A stretch of 63,499 nucleotides of DNA, counting the filler, from a candidate division WOR-3 bacterium (GTDB lineage: Bacteria > SDB-A), in assembly GCA_016934535.1 (NCBI GenBank). It is 4 parts of 4 records of this genome, joined end to end, with 100 filler letters (N's around TTAATTAATTAA, not from the genome) between each part and the next. Parts side by side here need not be neighbours in the genome. Positions count along the whole stretch, not along the records: positions 38,717 to 52,577 come from JAFGSQ010000024.1; positions 52,678 to 63,499 come from JAFGSQ010000025.1; 2 more parts are not named here. The stretch is one strand, 5' to 3'. Positions 51,615 through 61,075 of the stretch are shown here, piece by piece. Position 1 is the first letter of the stretch, and every line of letters begins with the position of its first letter. Made by a program: the position numbers and the translations under genes. Under the pieces are notes generated by a model. The model was not told where the DNA came from, searched no databases, and saw only the letters and a program-made list of their open reading frames with translations.

Positions 51615-52577
51615 TTATTCCATCAGCAATAACTGCCTGGAATATACTCTATCCCGTGTTTTTAAAACAACAAAATACAAACCGTTTGGAATTCTTTCAA
51701 TTATACCGCTCACATCAAATGCCAGTACGGTGTTTCCGCTTTCGCAGATACTGTTCAAAAGATTGGTCAGATTCTGTCCGGAAACATTGTATACATCCAG
51801 GCTGATTTGACATTGTTTGTCCAGAAAGAAACTCACGCTCAACTCTCTTTTCACAGGATCAAAACCAATCGAATAATCCGTGTTAAAATATCCCGGAGGT
51901 TCGACCGGTTCCTCGACCGCAGTTCCGCCACTTTGTGTGCAAAGTACAGTCCCGCTGTCTCCCCCTACCCATCCTCTCAATGAATCGAGGAAAAATATCG
52001 TCGTAAGATCGCGGTCCGTTCCTGAGTTCTGACTGGTCCAGTCCGTTCCTCCGTTTTCTGTGTAGAGTATCGTTCCGTCGTCTCCGACTATCCATCCCAT
52101 GTTTTCGTCGAAGAAATACAGGGCATTGAGATTGCCCGTGACTCCGGAGACTTGACTGTCCCAACTCACTCCGTTGTTTGTAGTCCTGTATATACAACCT
52201 GAATGACCGACAACCCAGCCGGTATTATCGTTAACGAAGAAAACTCCTCTAAGTCCCGGAACGTTACCCGTGAGAACAGCGTCCTGGTTCCAGTCAGCTC
52301 CTCCGTTCGTCGTCCACATATACAACGCTGAGGATGTATTAGTAATGCCTACGGCACTACCCTTTGTCGCACTCGTGAAATGAAAATCGCGGAAAAATCC
52401 GTCCGAAAGTTCGTATTGGATCTGTATGAAATACGGGCCGAAAATATTATCTTTATAGCATATATCTCTTTCGGAGAGAGTCCAGCATATTACTGAATCC
52501 ATAATGCAAATCCTCTTTACAGTTTCGTTAGAGCTAACCATTACAAAACCTTGCCAATGAGCTCCGCCGTCCTCCGT
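51615..52577 (-). CDS. YCF48-like repeat protein with T9SS-like CTD (5' truncated)
   Basis: T.NGG.DW repeats, GW.VG..G.I; VYNVSGQ...PNGLYFV; frame open to the contig edge (TEDGGAHW). Confidence 0.85.
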   Translation of the reverse strand, partial: TEDGGAHWQGFVMVSSNETVKRICIMDSVICWTLSERDICYKDNIFGPYFIQIQYELSDGFFRDFHFTSATKGSAVGITNTSSALYMWTTNGGADWNQDAVLTGNVPGLRGVFFVNDNTGWVVGHSGCIYRTTNNGVSWDSQVSGVTGNLNALYFFDENMGWIVGDDGTILYTENGGTDWTSQNSGTDRDLTTIFFLDSLRGWVGGDSGTVLCTQSGGTAVEEPVEPPGYFNTDYSIGFDPVKRELSVSFFLDKQCQISLDVYNVSGQNLTNLLNSICESGNTVLAFDVSGIIERIPNGLYFVVLKTRDRVYSRQLLLME

Positions 52578-52677
52578 NNNNNNNNNNNNNNNNNNNNNNN
52601 NNNNNNNNNNNNNNNNNNNNNTTAATTAATTAANNNNNNNNNNNNNNNNNNNNNNNNNNNNNNNNNNNNNNNNNNNN
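52578..52677. other. Artificial contig spacer
   Basis: N run containing TTAATTAATTAA. Confidence 0.99.
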
Positions 52678-52678
52678 C

Positions 52679-54196
52679 GAGGCGGACACCGGCGTGATAG
52701 TCGCCAATTTTTCGCTATTGAACACGAACTGGTACATAAAACAAATCCACGAACAGGGTTTCCCTATACATTTTTCGAACGCTTTCAGAAAATGGAGCAA
52801 ACACGAAATAAAAGTAGTCAATTCAGAAAACTATTACAGCGTAGAAAATCCCGCGATGGCCGAATGGAACGAATACGCTTTCAAAAAACACATAAAAGGC
52901 GACTCGGAGAAAGAGAACCGGTGGTCGGCTTTAAACGATATTGAGAAAATGGAATATTCGATAAAGATAGCTGAAGAAAATGGAGACAGTTTCGAAAACT
53001 GGCTGCTCAACGAAATTTCCATTGGTTACGCAGTTGAATACATACCCCTTGAACTATCCGTCAGCGGAGGGATGGTTCAGCCGGTAGAAATACTCCTGCC
53101 CAAAGACATAGCCGTGCGTTCGATAATTTGCACTGTCAACGGCGTCGAATTCACTGAAGAAGTGCTGTTTATGAAGACTGCGGAATTCGCCGAATTCGCC
53201 GGCAGAATTACAAATCCCGCCGCACAGCACAAAGTTTATTTTTCTTCGACGTGCAGTCAGGAAAACATGCTAATGCTGGAGCCCTGGCTGAAGACAGAAG
53301 GATTAGTCTACTGCGTGTCAAACGAAAAGATAGATGAAGCCTCAACCATGTTCCAGAACGTAAACTACGCATACACAGAAAGCCTGTACAACGAAGTATT
53401 CCGCTTCAGAGGCATATTCTCCAAGGATATGCTCGACGAAAAAGGGCGTCTGTCGCTTGGAAATTTGCCATTAGACATGGTAAAAAGAGACGAAAGCACG
53501 TTGTACAATGACGAATTTGCAAGACTCGCCTCGAATTACGCCGCGGGATTTTTCCTTCTGGGCACGAATGAAATTAAAAAATTTGAAAAAGGCGAAACAA
53601 CAGATCCGGCAAAAGCGCTCATATACATGAAGATCGGCAATCTCATAAGCAAAGGCAACGAACTGCAGTTCACGTACTATCTGGTCGAAGCTTACAAAAT
53701 TGCCGGAATGAAAGAAGAAGCCGCAGCTCTTATTGACGATTTTATATCGCGGATGGAATCGAGAATTGAAAGGGAGTACATCCCCTCCGAAAAGGAAAGG
53801 CTGTCGTTCTCCGTGGGATTTTTCACAGCAAAAAAAATCTACACACTGTTGTATTTCCAGGAAAACGAAGAAGCCAAGAAAGAATTTCTGGCGTCTCAAG
53901 ACGTTCTTAAAAACACGTCGCTTCAGGATTACGTCATACTGCAGGGTCTTTTCAGCTACAGAGACGGCGACAGGGAGGGGGCAAAGGCTCTTCTTGAAAG
54001 CGCGGGTCTTTATTCTGTTGATTACGCTTTTGTCGTCGAATGGATAGATCAGGGCGTTCTCAGGGAGACGGGAGACACCGGTTTTGCAAAATTCGTCGTC
54101 GGTCTTTATCTTGAAAATGTTGAAGTGGATGATTCGCTTATTACGTCTTTCGGCATGGGTTGGTTATTTTCGGAACCGGATTCACTCGTCGAATGA
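52679..54196 (+). CDS. C-terminal half of a DUF2723 (GT117-like) membrane protein (5' truncated)
   Basis: EADTGVIVANFSLLNTNWY aligns with SDTGTIVINRTLLNLPWY of the downstream paralog; shared VYFS/LYST, EGL and FRGI/YGGI...LDE.GRL blocks. Confidence 0.75.
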   Translation, partial: EADTGVIVANFSLLNTNWYIKQIHEQGFPIHFSNAFRKWSKHEIKVVNSENYYSVENPAMAEWNEYAFKKHIKGDSEKENRWSALNDIEKMEYSIKIAEENGDSFENWLLNEISIGYAVEYIPLELSVSGGMVQPVEILLPKDIAVRSIICTVNGVEFTEEVLFMKTAEFAEFAGRITNPAAQHKVYFSSTCSQENMLMLEPWLKTEGLVYCVSNEKIDEASTMFQNVNYAYTESLYNEVFRFRGIFSKDMLDEKGRLSLGNLPLDMVKRDESTLYNDEFARLASNYAAGFFLLGTNEIKKFEKGETTDPAKALIYMKIGNLISKGNELQFTYYLVEAYKIAGMKEEAAALIDDFISRMESRIEREYIPSEKERLSFSVGFFTAKKIYTLLYFQENEEAKKEFLASQDVLKNTSLQDYVILQGLFSYRDGDREGAKALLESAGLYSVDYAFVVEWIDQGVLRETGDTGFAKFVVGLYLENVEVDDSLITSFGMGWLFSEPDSLVE

Positions 54197-54225
54197 TGTG
54201 AGGGGTATTTCCGGACCGGAAGAAA

Positions 54226-56295
54226 ATGAGGCACAAAAAAGACGCCGTAACAGCTCTGGCGGTTTTCCTTTTTTTGTTTCTTGTTTTTGCCGCGACTTCG
54301 GCGCCGACGATTTCCTGGTGGGACAGCTCTGAATTTGTCGCGGCCGCATCCTGCTGGGGCATACCGCATCCTCCGGGCAGTCCGCTTTATGTGACTCTGT
54401 CGAGAGTTTTCTGCGCATTTGCCAATGACGCCGCTTTAACGGCAAGATGCGTGAATTTCCTCAGCGTGACGGCGACCGCTGGGGCCGGCGTATTTCTATT
54501 TCTTTCGCTTAAAAAGATATTTGGAACCGAAAGCATTTTCAAAAAATATGTTCTGGCGAGCGCCGCCGTCTGCGGCATGATGAGTTTCTCCGTCTGGGAT
54601 AGCGCCGTGGAAGCCGAAGTTTACGGACTTTCGACTCTCGCTATATTCGCTCTGCTTTGGATGTCTTTGAAGACAACCGAAGGAAAAACCAGGTATTTTT
54701 TGACCGCTTCATATCTCATTGCCCTGTCTTTTTCAATTCACGCGACGGCTATGATATCTTCGATACCTGTCGCAGCCGCTTTCGTTCTGTCAGAAGTTAA
54801 AAAGAGGACGAAAATCATTATTGTTGCAGTTTCGCTTTTGTGCGCCTCCCTCGGAGCTTCTTCTTACATGATATTGTATTTCAGGGCTCTTGAAAAACCC
54901 TCGCTGAACGAGTCTTCTATTGAAAGTATTAGCGACCTTACCGATGTCGCTCTGAGAAGGCAGTACGGGAGCAATAGCCTTTTGGAAAGAAGCACTTCGT
55001 CATTGACCGGTTACGGCTTTGTGAAAGGTTTTTTTTATCAAAACGTTTCCTACGTCAATTATTTATCGTGGCAGTTCACGCCTTTCGTCAGGGAGGGAAA
55101 ATTCGGAGCGTCCGGTATGGCTTTAACTTCATTGTTCATGACGGTTTTCGTTTTGCTTTTTTCATATTCCCTCTTCAGGGCTTTTCGCGAAAAAAGCAAA
55201 AAAAAACTCGCGGTATTTCTTCTTTTCATGCTCTGCCTCAGCCTTGTTCTCGTTTTTGTTTTCAATTTTAAATTCTGTTCGAGCGATACGGATCCCTCGC
55301 ACGTGCCTAAAGAAGCGAGACCCAGGGATTATTTTTTTTCAGCCGGTTTCGCTTTGATATACGCTTTCTCTCTTTGTTCGCTGATTTACGTCAAAAGGAA
55401 AATCGCCCTGACCCTGTCGCTGATTTTTACGGCGACGGGACTTTACAACGGCTTCACGGGTCACGCCAACAGAAGAGGCAACTGGACGGCACACGCCTTC
55501 GCGATGAACGTGCTCGAGTCAACTTCGGGGAAATCCGTGATAATGGTGCAGGGAGACAACGACACATTCACTCTCTGGTTTGCCCAGATTGTCGGCGGAA
55601 TAAGGAATTACGATCCTGTCTCGGACACGGGGACCATAGTCATAAACCGCACTCTTCTGAATTTACCCTGGTACATGGACGAGATCTCGGAAAAAATACC
55701 TTTTGATCTCTCAAAAGTTTATGGAGACCTTTTTGACGAAATAGACCTCGAGGGAAAAGACGTGGAGGATTTCTGCAGAAATAACGCTTTGGCGGTGAAA
55801 AACGGCGACGGAAGGATTTTATATCCGGGCGACGTCGTGGCAAGGTGTATTTTGGCAGAAATTTCGGGCATTGACTACGACCTCAGTGTAATAGCGCTTT
55901 CCGACAGTGCCTTTTCCGATGTCATTAGAAAAAGCGGGAAAATGTCCTGCAGGCTCTACTCGACTTCCGGATTTTCCGAACTGGAAGGGCTTTGGGTGAG
56001 AGAAGGGCTTCTGCTGAGAGCCTTTGGAGATTCTTCAGAAAACAGACGATTGTTGCTCGGTTACGACTACGGCGGTATAATAAACCGTCAACACTTGGAC
56101 GAAAACGGCAGACTTGAGAGTTTTCGAACACCGGCACTGAGCGCCGCTTTCGAAAGAGACATTGACAGCCGGGCTATGTCGGTTTTTTATGCGGCGGCTG
56201 TCGAAGCGCTCGACACCTCTGACAGTCTGTTTTGGGCTCTGTCGCCTGTATTCCTCGGCGGAGAAAGGGGTGTTTCCGATGAATCTCATGAATGA
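54226..56295 (+). CDS. DUF2723 family GT-C membrane glycosyltransferase (TMEM260/GT117-like)
   Basis: APTISWWDSSEF, GIPHPPGSPLY, WDSAVEAEVY, L.R.QY, R.RDYFF, GDNDTF.LW; many TM helices. Confidence 0.85.
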   Translation: MRHKKDAVTALAVFLFLFLVFAATSAPTISWWDSSEFVAAASCWGIPHPPGSPLYVTLSRVFCAFANDAALTARCVNFLSVTATAGAGVFLFLSLKKIFGTESIFKKYVLASAAVCGMMSFSVWDSAVEAEVYGLSTLAIFALLWMSLKTTEGKTRYFLTASYLIALSFSIHATAMISSIPVAAAFVLSEVKKRTKIIIVAVSLLCASLGASSYMILYFRALEKPSLNESSIESISDLTDVALRRQYGSNSLLERSTSSLTGYGFVKGFFYQNVSYVNYLSWQFTPFVREGKFGASGMALTSLFMTVFVLLFSYSLFRAFREKSKKKLAVFLLFMLCLSLVLVFVFNFKFCSSDTDPSHVPKEARPRDYFFSAGFALIYAFSLCSLIYVKRKIALTLSLIFTATGLYNGFTGHANRRGNWTAHAFAMNVLESTSGKSVIMVQGDNDTFTLWFAQIVGGIRNYDPVSDTGTIVINRTLLNLPWYMDEISEKIPFDLSKVYGDLFDEIDLEGKDVEDFCRNNALAVKNGDGRILYPGDVVARCILAEISGIDYDLSVIALSDSAFSDVIRKSGKMSCRLYSTSGFSELEGLWVREGLLLRAFGDSSENRRLLLGYDYGGIINRQHLDENGRLESFRTPALSAAFERDIDSRAMSVFYAAAVEALDTSDSLFWALSPVFLGGERGVSDESHE

Positions 56296-57607
56296 CGCTA
56301 AAATCTACGTTCTCGACACTAACGTAATAATGTACGATTACAGATGCATTTACTCTTTCAAGGAAAACAACGTCGTCATACCGATAACAGTCCTCGAAGA
56401 AATAGACAAGTTCAAAAAAGGCAACGAGATGATCAATTACAACGTCAGGGAGTTTTCCAGGGAACTCGATTCGCTTCTCGGAGACAGCCTGACAACGGAC
56501 GGGATCAAACTCGAAAGCGGAAGCTTGGTCAGTGTGGACACGAACCTCAAAAAAGACAAATTTCTTTCAGAAACGCTCATAGACGACAGCCCCGACCACA
56601 GAATACTGTCCGTCGCCTACAACCTTTCTAAAAAATTCGGAGACAAAAGAGTGGTCCTCGTGACAAAGGACATCAATCTCAGGATAAAAGCCAAAGGTAT
56701 TGGAGTCAGGGCGGAGGATTACCTGACGGGAAAGATAAAAGATATAGACGCGCTTTACACGGGCAAAAACCTGATTGAAGACGTGTCCGATGAAATCATA
56801 GACTCCCTTTACGAAAAAAAGAACATAGGGCTTGCCGAAACTCAGCTCGGACTGGAACCCTATCCCAACGAATATTTCATTCTCAGGAACGACCACAAGA
56901 GCATTCTCAGCGTATACAATTCAGGAACTCAATCCCTGAGACTTGTAGAGCGAAAAAGCGCTTACGGCATACAGCCGAGAAACGCCGAGCAGACATTTTC
57001 TCTAGACGCTCTAATAAACCAGGACATCCAGCTCGCGACTCTTTCAGGCAAAGCGGGTACCGGTAAAACGCTGATGGCTCTTGCCGCCGCCCTCGAGGTC
57101 AGGAAATACTACAGCCAGATACTTCTGGCGAGGCCGATAATACCTCTGTCAAACAAAGACATAGGTTTTCTTCCCGGGGACGTCAAGAGCAAAATTGACC
57201 CCTACATGCAGCCACTTTTCGACAATTTATCCGTAATACAGAACCAGTATTCATCGGATTCAAAGGAATTTGCCAAGATAACCGAGCTTTTGAACAACGA
57301 AAAATTGCTTATAATTCCTCTGGCGTTTATAAGGGGAAGGAGCTTGTCGAGGTTTTATTTTATTATTGACGAGGCGCAGAACCTGACTCCTCACGAGGTC
57401 AAGACGATAATAACGAGGGCGGGAGAAGGCACGAAAGTCGTCTTCACGGGCGATCCGCATCAGATAGATACGCCATACCTTGACTCCAGAAGCAACGGCT
57501 TGACCTATCTCATAGACAAAATGAAAGGCCAGGAGATATACGCCAACGTAACCCTCGAAAAAGGCGTCCGTTCACCTCTGGCCGAACTCGCGTCGAATCT
57601 TTTGTAA
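56279..57607 (+). CDS. PIN-domain PhoH-family ATPase (YlaK/PhoH2-like)
   Basis: YVLDTNV, VLEEID.FK, DHRIL, KDINLRIKA (PIN); GKAGTGKT, IGFLPG, IRGRS, DEAQN, GDPHQID. Confidence 0.93.
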   Translation: MNLMNDAKIYVLDTNVIMYDYRCIYSFKENNVVIPITVLEEIDKFKKGNEMINYNVREFSRELDSLLGDSLTTDGIKLESGSLVSVDTNLKKDKFLSETLIDDSPDHRILSVAYNLSKKFGDKRVVLVTKDINLRIKAKGIGVRAEDYLTGKIKDIDALYTGKNLIEDVSDEIIDSLYEKKNIGLAETQLGLEPYPNEYFILRNDHKSILSVYNSGTQSLRLVERKSAYGIQPRNAEQTFSLDALINQDIQLATLSGKAGTGKTLMALAAALEVRKYYSQILLARPIIPLSNKDIGFLPGDVKSKIDPYMQPLFDNLSVIQNQYSSDSKEFAKITELLNNEKLLIIPLAFIRGRSLSRFYFIIDEAQNLTPHEVKTIITRAGEGTKVVFTGDPHQIDTPYLDSRSNGLTYLIDKMKGQEIYANVTLEKGVRSPLAELASNLL

Positions 57608-57631
57608 CGGGATCAAAACACGGAAAACTTG

Positions 57632-57671
57632 CCGCTGAATGACCTGTTCTCAAGAATAGGTCATTCAGCGG
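57632..57671. terminator. Long intergenic hairpin
   Basis: CCGCTGAATGACCTGTTCT-CA-AGAATAGGTCATTCAGCGG: 19-bp arms with one G-T pair; no U tract on the + strand. Confidence 0.55.
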
Positions 57672-57754
57672 AAAATTCACAATATTTTAAAAAATAATCA
57701 GTTAAAGTATGAAAATATCTTTACAAAACAAATAAAAAGTAATAATTACTGTTT

Positions 57755-58708
57755 ATGAGTGATGTGAACGGAATCCTCGATTACAGGTATTTTTTCCCGG
57801 AAAAACCCGAAGACATATACGAACAATCCAGAAAAGCTATAAAAAGTGCTTATCCTGATTTCGACATGTCAGGATTGAAAAAAGTGTTCGAAGACATTTT
57901 GGATCTTTTTGACGGAAAATTCCCGGGTTACAGAAAATGCACAACGAAATACCACGATTTGTCGCACACACTTTCTGTGTATCTCGCATCTTCGAGGCTG
58001 ATAGACGGCGCCGCCCGTTCGGGAATACGCTTCAAAGACGAGTACATCCGCCTGTCCCTGATATCTTCTCTTTTTCACGACGTCGGATACATACAGAGAA
58101 CGGAAGACGAAAGCGGAACAGGGGCGAAGTTTTCCGTCGGTCATGAAGAAAGGAGTATTGTTTTCGCGTCGAATTATCTCGGAGAAAAGGGATACACGAA
58201 TTTCGACAGAATGAGGGCTTCGCACATAATAGCCTCGACAATTCTCGAACTGCCCATTGACGAAATCCCGTTTCACTCCGATGAACTTAAGTTTTTAGGA
58301 AAAATAGTGGGAACCTCGGATCTCGTCGCTCAGATAGCGGACAGGTTTTATCTCGAAAAACTCCTTTTTCTTTTCAGAGAATTTTCCGAAGCCGGAATAC
58401 CCGGTTTTCCAAGCGAGATAGATCTTTTGAAAAACACCGAGACGTTTTACAAAGACGTGTCAAAAAACAAAATTTACGGAGAATACCAGGGCGTTTTCGA
58501 TCTGGTTGAAGGTCATTTTGAAAGCAATTTTGGCATAAAAATCAATCCCTACAAGAAATACATGGAAAAGAATTTAAAATATCTCGGAAATATTTTGACA
58601 AACTGCGAATCCGACTACCGTTCCCTGTTAAGAAGAGGAGGCATAGTCGAAATGCTCAAGAGAGAAGAAAGCGCCAACCCGTTGGTCAGGAAAGGTTTCA
58701 AAAGATGA
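57755..58708 (+). CDS. HD-domain metal-dependent phosphohydrolase
   Basis: YHDLSHT, LFHDVGY, HEERS, TSDL motifs. Confidence 0.8.
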   Translation: MSDVNGILDYRYFFPEKPEDIYEQSRKAIKSAYPDFDMSGLKKVFEDILDLFDGKFPGYRKCTTKYHDLSHTLSVYLASSRLIDGAARSGIRFKDEYIRLSLISSLFHDVGYIQRTEDESGTGAKFSVGHEERSIVFASNYLGEKGYTNFDRMRASHIIASTILELPIDEIPFHSDELKFLGKIVGTSDLVAQIADRFYLEKLLFLFREFSEAGIPGFPSEIDLLKNTETFYKDVSKNKIYGEYQGVFDLVEGHFESNFGIKINPYKKYMEKNLKYLGNILTNCESDYRSLLRRGGIVEMLKREESANPLVRKGFKR

Positions 58709-59610
58709 CTCTTACACTGCGTGACGTCCGGAAATATTATCAGTCCGTTAAAGCTGTTGATGGCGTGTCTTTCGAAGTGAAATCCGGAGAGCTTCTCGGT
58801 CTGATAGGTCCCAACGGAGCTGGAAAATCCACGACGATAAGAATGGTCATGAACATAATAGCTCCCGATTCGGGCGAGATTCTTTTCGACGGCAAAAAAA
58901 TCTCTGACAGGGATTTTGACAGAATAGGATATCTTCCGGAAGAGAGAGGGATATATAAAAAATTCAAGGTTTCGGCCGTTTTAAGATATTTTGCGTCCTT
59001 AAAAGGCAAATCGGCGAAAGAGACAAGCGGAAAAATAGACGAATGGCTCGAAAAGCTTGGTCTGCCGGAATGGAAAGAGAGAAAGGTCGAAGAACTTTCA
59101 AAAGGCATGAGCCAGAAAGTCCAGTTCATAGCCGCAGTCCTGCACGACCCCGATATAATTTTTCTCGACGAACCATTTGCCGGTCTCGATCCTGTGAGCT
59201 CCGAGGTGATAAGAGAAACAGTCCAGGAACTTTCTGACAAGAGAAAGACGATAATATTTTCAACTCACATAATGGAGCAGGCGGAAAAGATTTGCGACTC
59301 GATTTTTCTAATAGACAAGGGCAGAGAAGTCGTCTACGGAACTCTCGACGGCGTAAAAAAGAAATTCGGCAAGAACTCGGTCATAATGGAATTTGACGGA
59401 GACCTTGGATTTTTGAAAAACACCGGTCTGGTTTCTGACATAATATCCTATCCGCGCTGGGTAGAGATAGCATTAGCTCCAGGGAAAACACCTGACGATC
59501 TTTTGACTGCCGTAGCCGGAAAAGAGTCCGTTATGAGGTTTGAGGTGACCAGACCTTCACTACAGAAAATTTTCATAGACCTCGTCGGAGGCAAAAAGGC
59601 GGAAGAATGA
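58705..59610 (+). CDS. ABC-2 type transporter ATP-binding subunit (NatA/YhaQ-like)
   Basis: GPNGAGKST, IGYLPEERG, LSKGMSQK, LDEPFAGLDP. Confidence 0.93.
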   Translation: MTLTLRDVRKYYQSVKAVDGVSFEVKSGELLGLIGPNGAGKSTTIRMVMNIIAPDSGEILFDGKKISDRDFDRIGYLPEERGIYKKFKVSAVLRYFASLKGKSAKETSGKIDEWLEKLGLPEWKERKVEELSKGMSQKVQFIAAVLHDPDIIFLDEPFAGLDPVSSEVIRETVQELSDKRKTIIFSTHIMEQAEKICDSIFLIDKGREVVYGTLDGVKKKFGKNSVIMEFDGDLGFLKNTGLVSDIISYPRWVEIALAPGKTPDDLLTAVAGKESVMRFEVTRPSLQKIFIDLVGGKKAEE

Positions 59611-60827
59611 AAAAGTTTTTCTGCGTTCTCAGACAGGAATTCAAAACCGTCGCAATGAACAAGAGTTTTATAGTCTTTACGCTTCTCGGGCCTGTTTTCA
59701 TGATAGGAATCACGGTTTTTCCAATGTTCTTGATGAAAAGCACTCAGACGAAAAATGTCGTTGTATATATTGTTACAGAAGACAACAACATTGCCGCGGC
59801 AATGAAGATGAGACTAAAAAACTCCGGTATAGACATCGTCAAAAGCTCCGATTCGAAAAATGTTCTCGATTCATTTGTAAGAAAGGGAGTTATCTACGGA
59901 TACGTCGTCTTCCCTGAAAGCATACTCACAAAAGACACCTTCGAGTTTGTCACAAAAGACATGGCGGACTACACTATAATCGCGTCGCTTGAAGGAGCTC
60001 TTGGCAACTACGTAATAACCCAGAGGATGATAAACGAAGGTATTGATCCGTCGAGGGTCAGCTCGCTGACTTTGCCTCCGGTCATAAGCGCCGTCAAACT
60101 GACCAAAGAAGGCCTAAAGGTCAGACAGGATTTTTTGGCGTCTTTTTTCACGGCGATTACTTTCACAACTCTTCTCTACATGACAATACTTATTTACGGA
60201 CAATCCATAGGAAGGTCTGTCATAAACGAAAAGAAGACAAAAACGGTCGAAATCATCCTTTCCTCCGTCAAACCTTTCACCCTCATGCTCGGAAAAATTT
60301 CAGGCCAAGCCGCTGCGAGTCTTCTTCAATACGGGTTCTGGCTTTCATTGAGTTTTTTCGCCTTAAAAATTATAGGAAGCAGATTTCAAAATCTGAATGT
60401 CCCCGCCCTACCCCACGGAATCTACGGCTATCTTATATCGTTTTACATTCTCGGTTTTCTTATGTATGCGGCTGTCTACGCCGCGCTCGGAGCGGCTTCG
60501 GAGGACGAGAACAACCTTCAACAGCTCGCTATGCCGGTGATTTTTCTACTCATCCTTCCGATGATAAGCGTATCGGCGATAATAATGAATCCGAACTCGG
60601 GTTTTGCCGTCTTTTTTTCGCTTTTCCCTTTCACGGCTCCGATGGTCATGTTTCTCAGGACCACTATATCTTCCCCGCCTCTCTATCAGGTGGCTATTGC
60701 CTATGGCCTGATTGTATTGACAATTTTTTTCCTGTTCTTTCTCGCCGCCAAAATATTCAGGGTGGGAATATTGATGACCGGAAAAAAGTTCAACTTCAAG
60801 GATATAATGCTCTGGCTCAGATCGTGA
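59607..60827 (+). CDS. ABC-2 type permease (NatB/YhaP-like)
   Basis: EKKTKTVEIILSSV, LMLGKI.G, P.TAPMVM..R, KIFRVGILM.G. Confidence 0.9.
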   Translation: MKKFFCVLRQEFKTVAMNKSFIVFTLLGPVFMIGITVFPMFLMKSTQTKNVVVYIVTEDNNIAAAMKMRLKNSGIDIVKSSDSKNVLDSFVRKGVIYGYVVFPESILTKDTFEFVTKDMADYTIIASLEGALGNYVITQRMINEGIDPSRVSSLTLPPVISAVKLTKEGLKVRQDFLASFFTAITFTTLLYMTILIYGQSIGRSVINEKKTKTVEIILSSVKPFTLMLGKISGQAAASLLQYGFWLSLSFFALKIIGSRFQNLNVPALPHGIYGYLISFYILGFLMYAAVYAALGAASEDENNLQQLAMPVIFLLILPMISVSAIIMNPNSGFAVFFSLFPFTAPMVMFLRTTISSPPLYQVAIAYGLIVLTIFFLFFLAAKIFRVGILMTGKKFNFKDIMLWLRS

Positions 60828-60854
60828 AAACTAAAGAGAATACAACCACCTTGT

Positions 60855-61032
60855 CGGTATTTTTTTGAATACAAAAAAAACCGGATCCAACACGAAGAAA
60901 ATAAAGATCACTTACCGCGAATGGACACTAATCCGATTTTTCATCATAGATGAAAATATCGTTACGCGAATGAACAAGGGATAATTGTATGTAAACTTAT
61001 TTGCAGAAGGCAAATAAGAAATTTTCTTCGTG
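60855..61032. repeat. Second cluster of the same REP-like hairpin modules
   Basis: CGGTATTTTTTTGAATACAAAAAAAACCG (60855), CGATTTTTCATCATAGATGAAAATATCG (60934), CTTATTTGC-AGAAG-GCAAATAAG (60996), 12-bp inverted repeat CACGAAGAAAAT/ATTTTCTTCGTG; lies between convergent genes. Confidence 0.75.
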
Positions 61033-61075
61033 ATTCAAATTTCTTAACCTTTAAACATAGAAAATTTAACAGATC

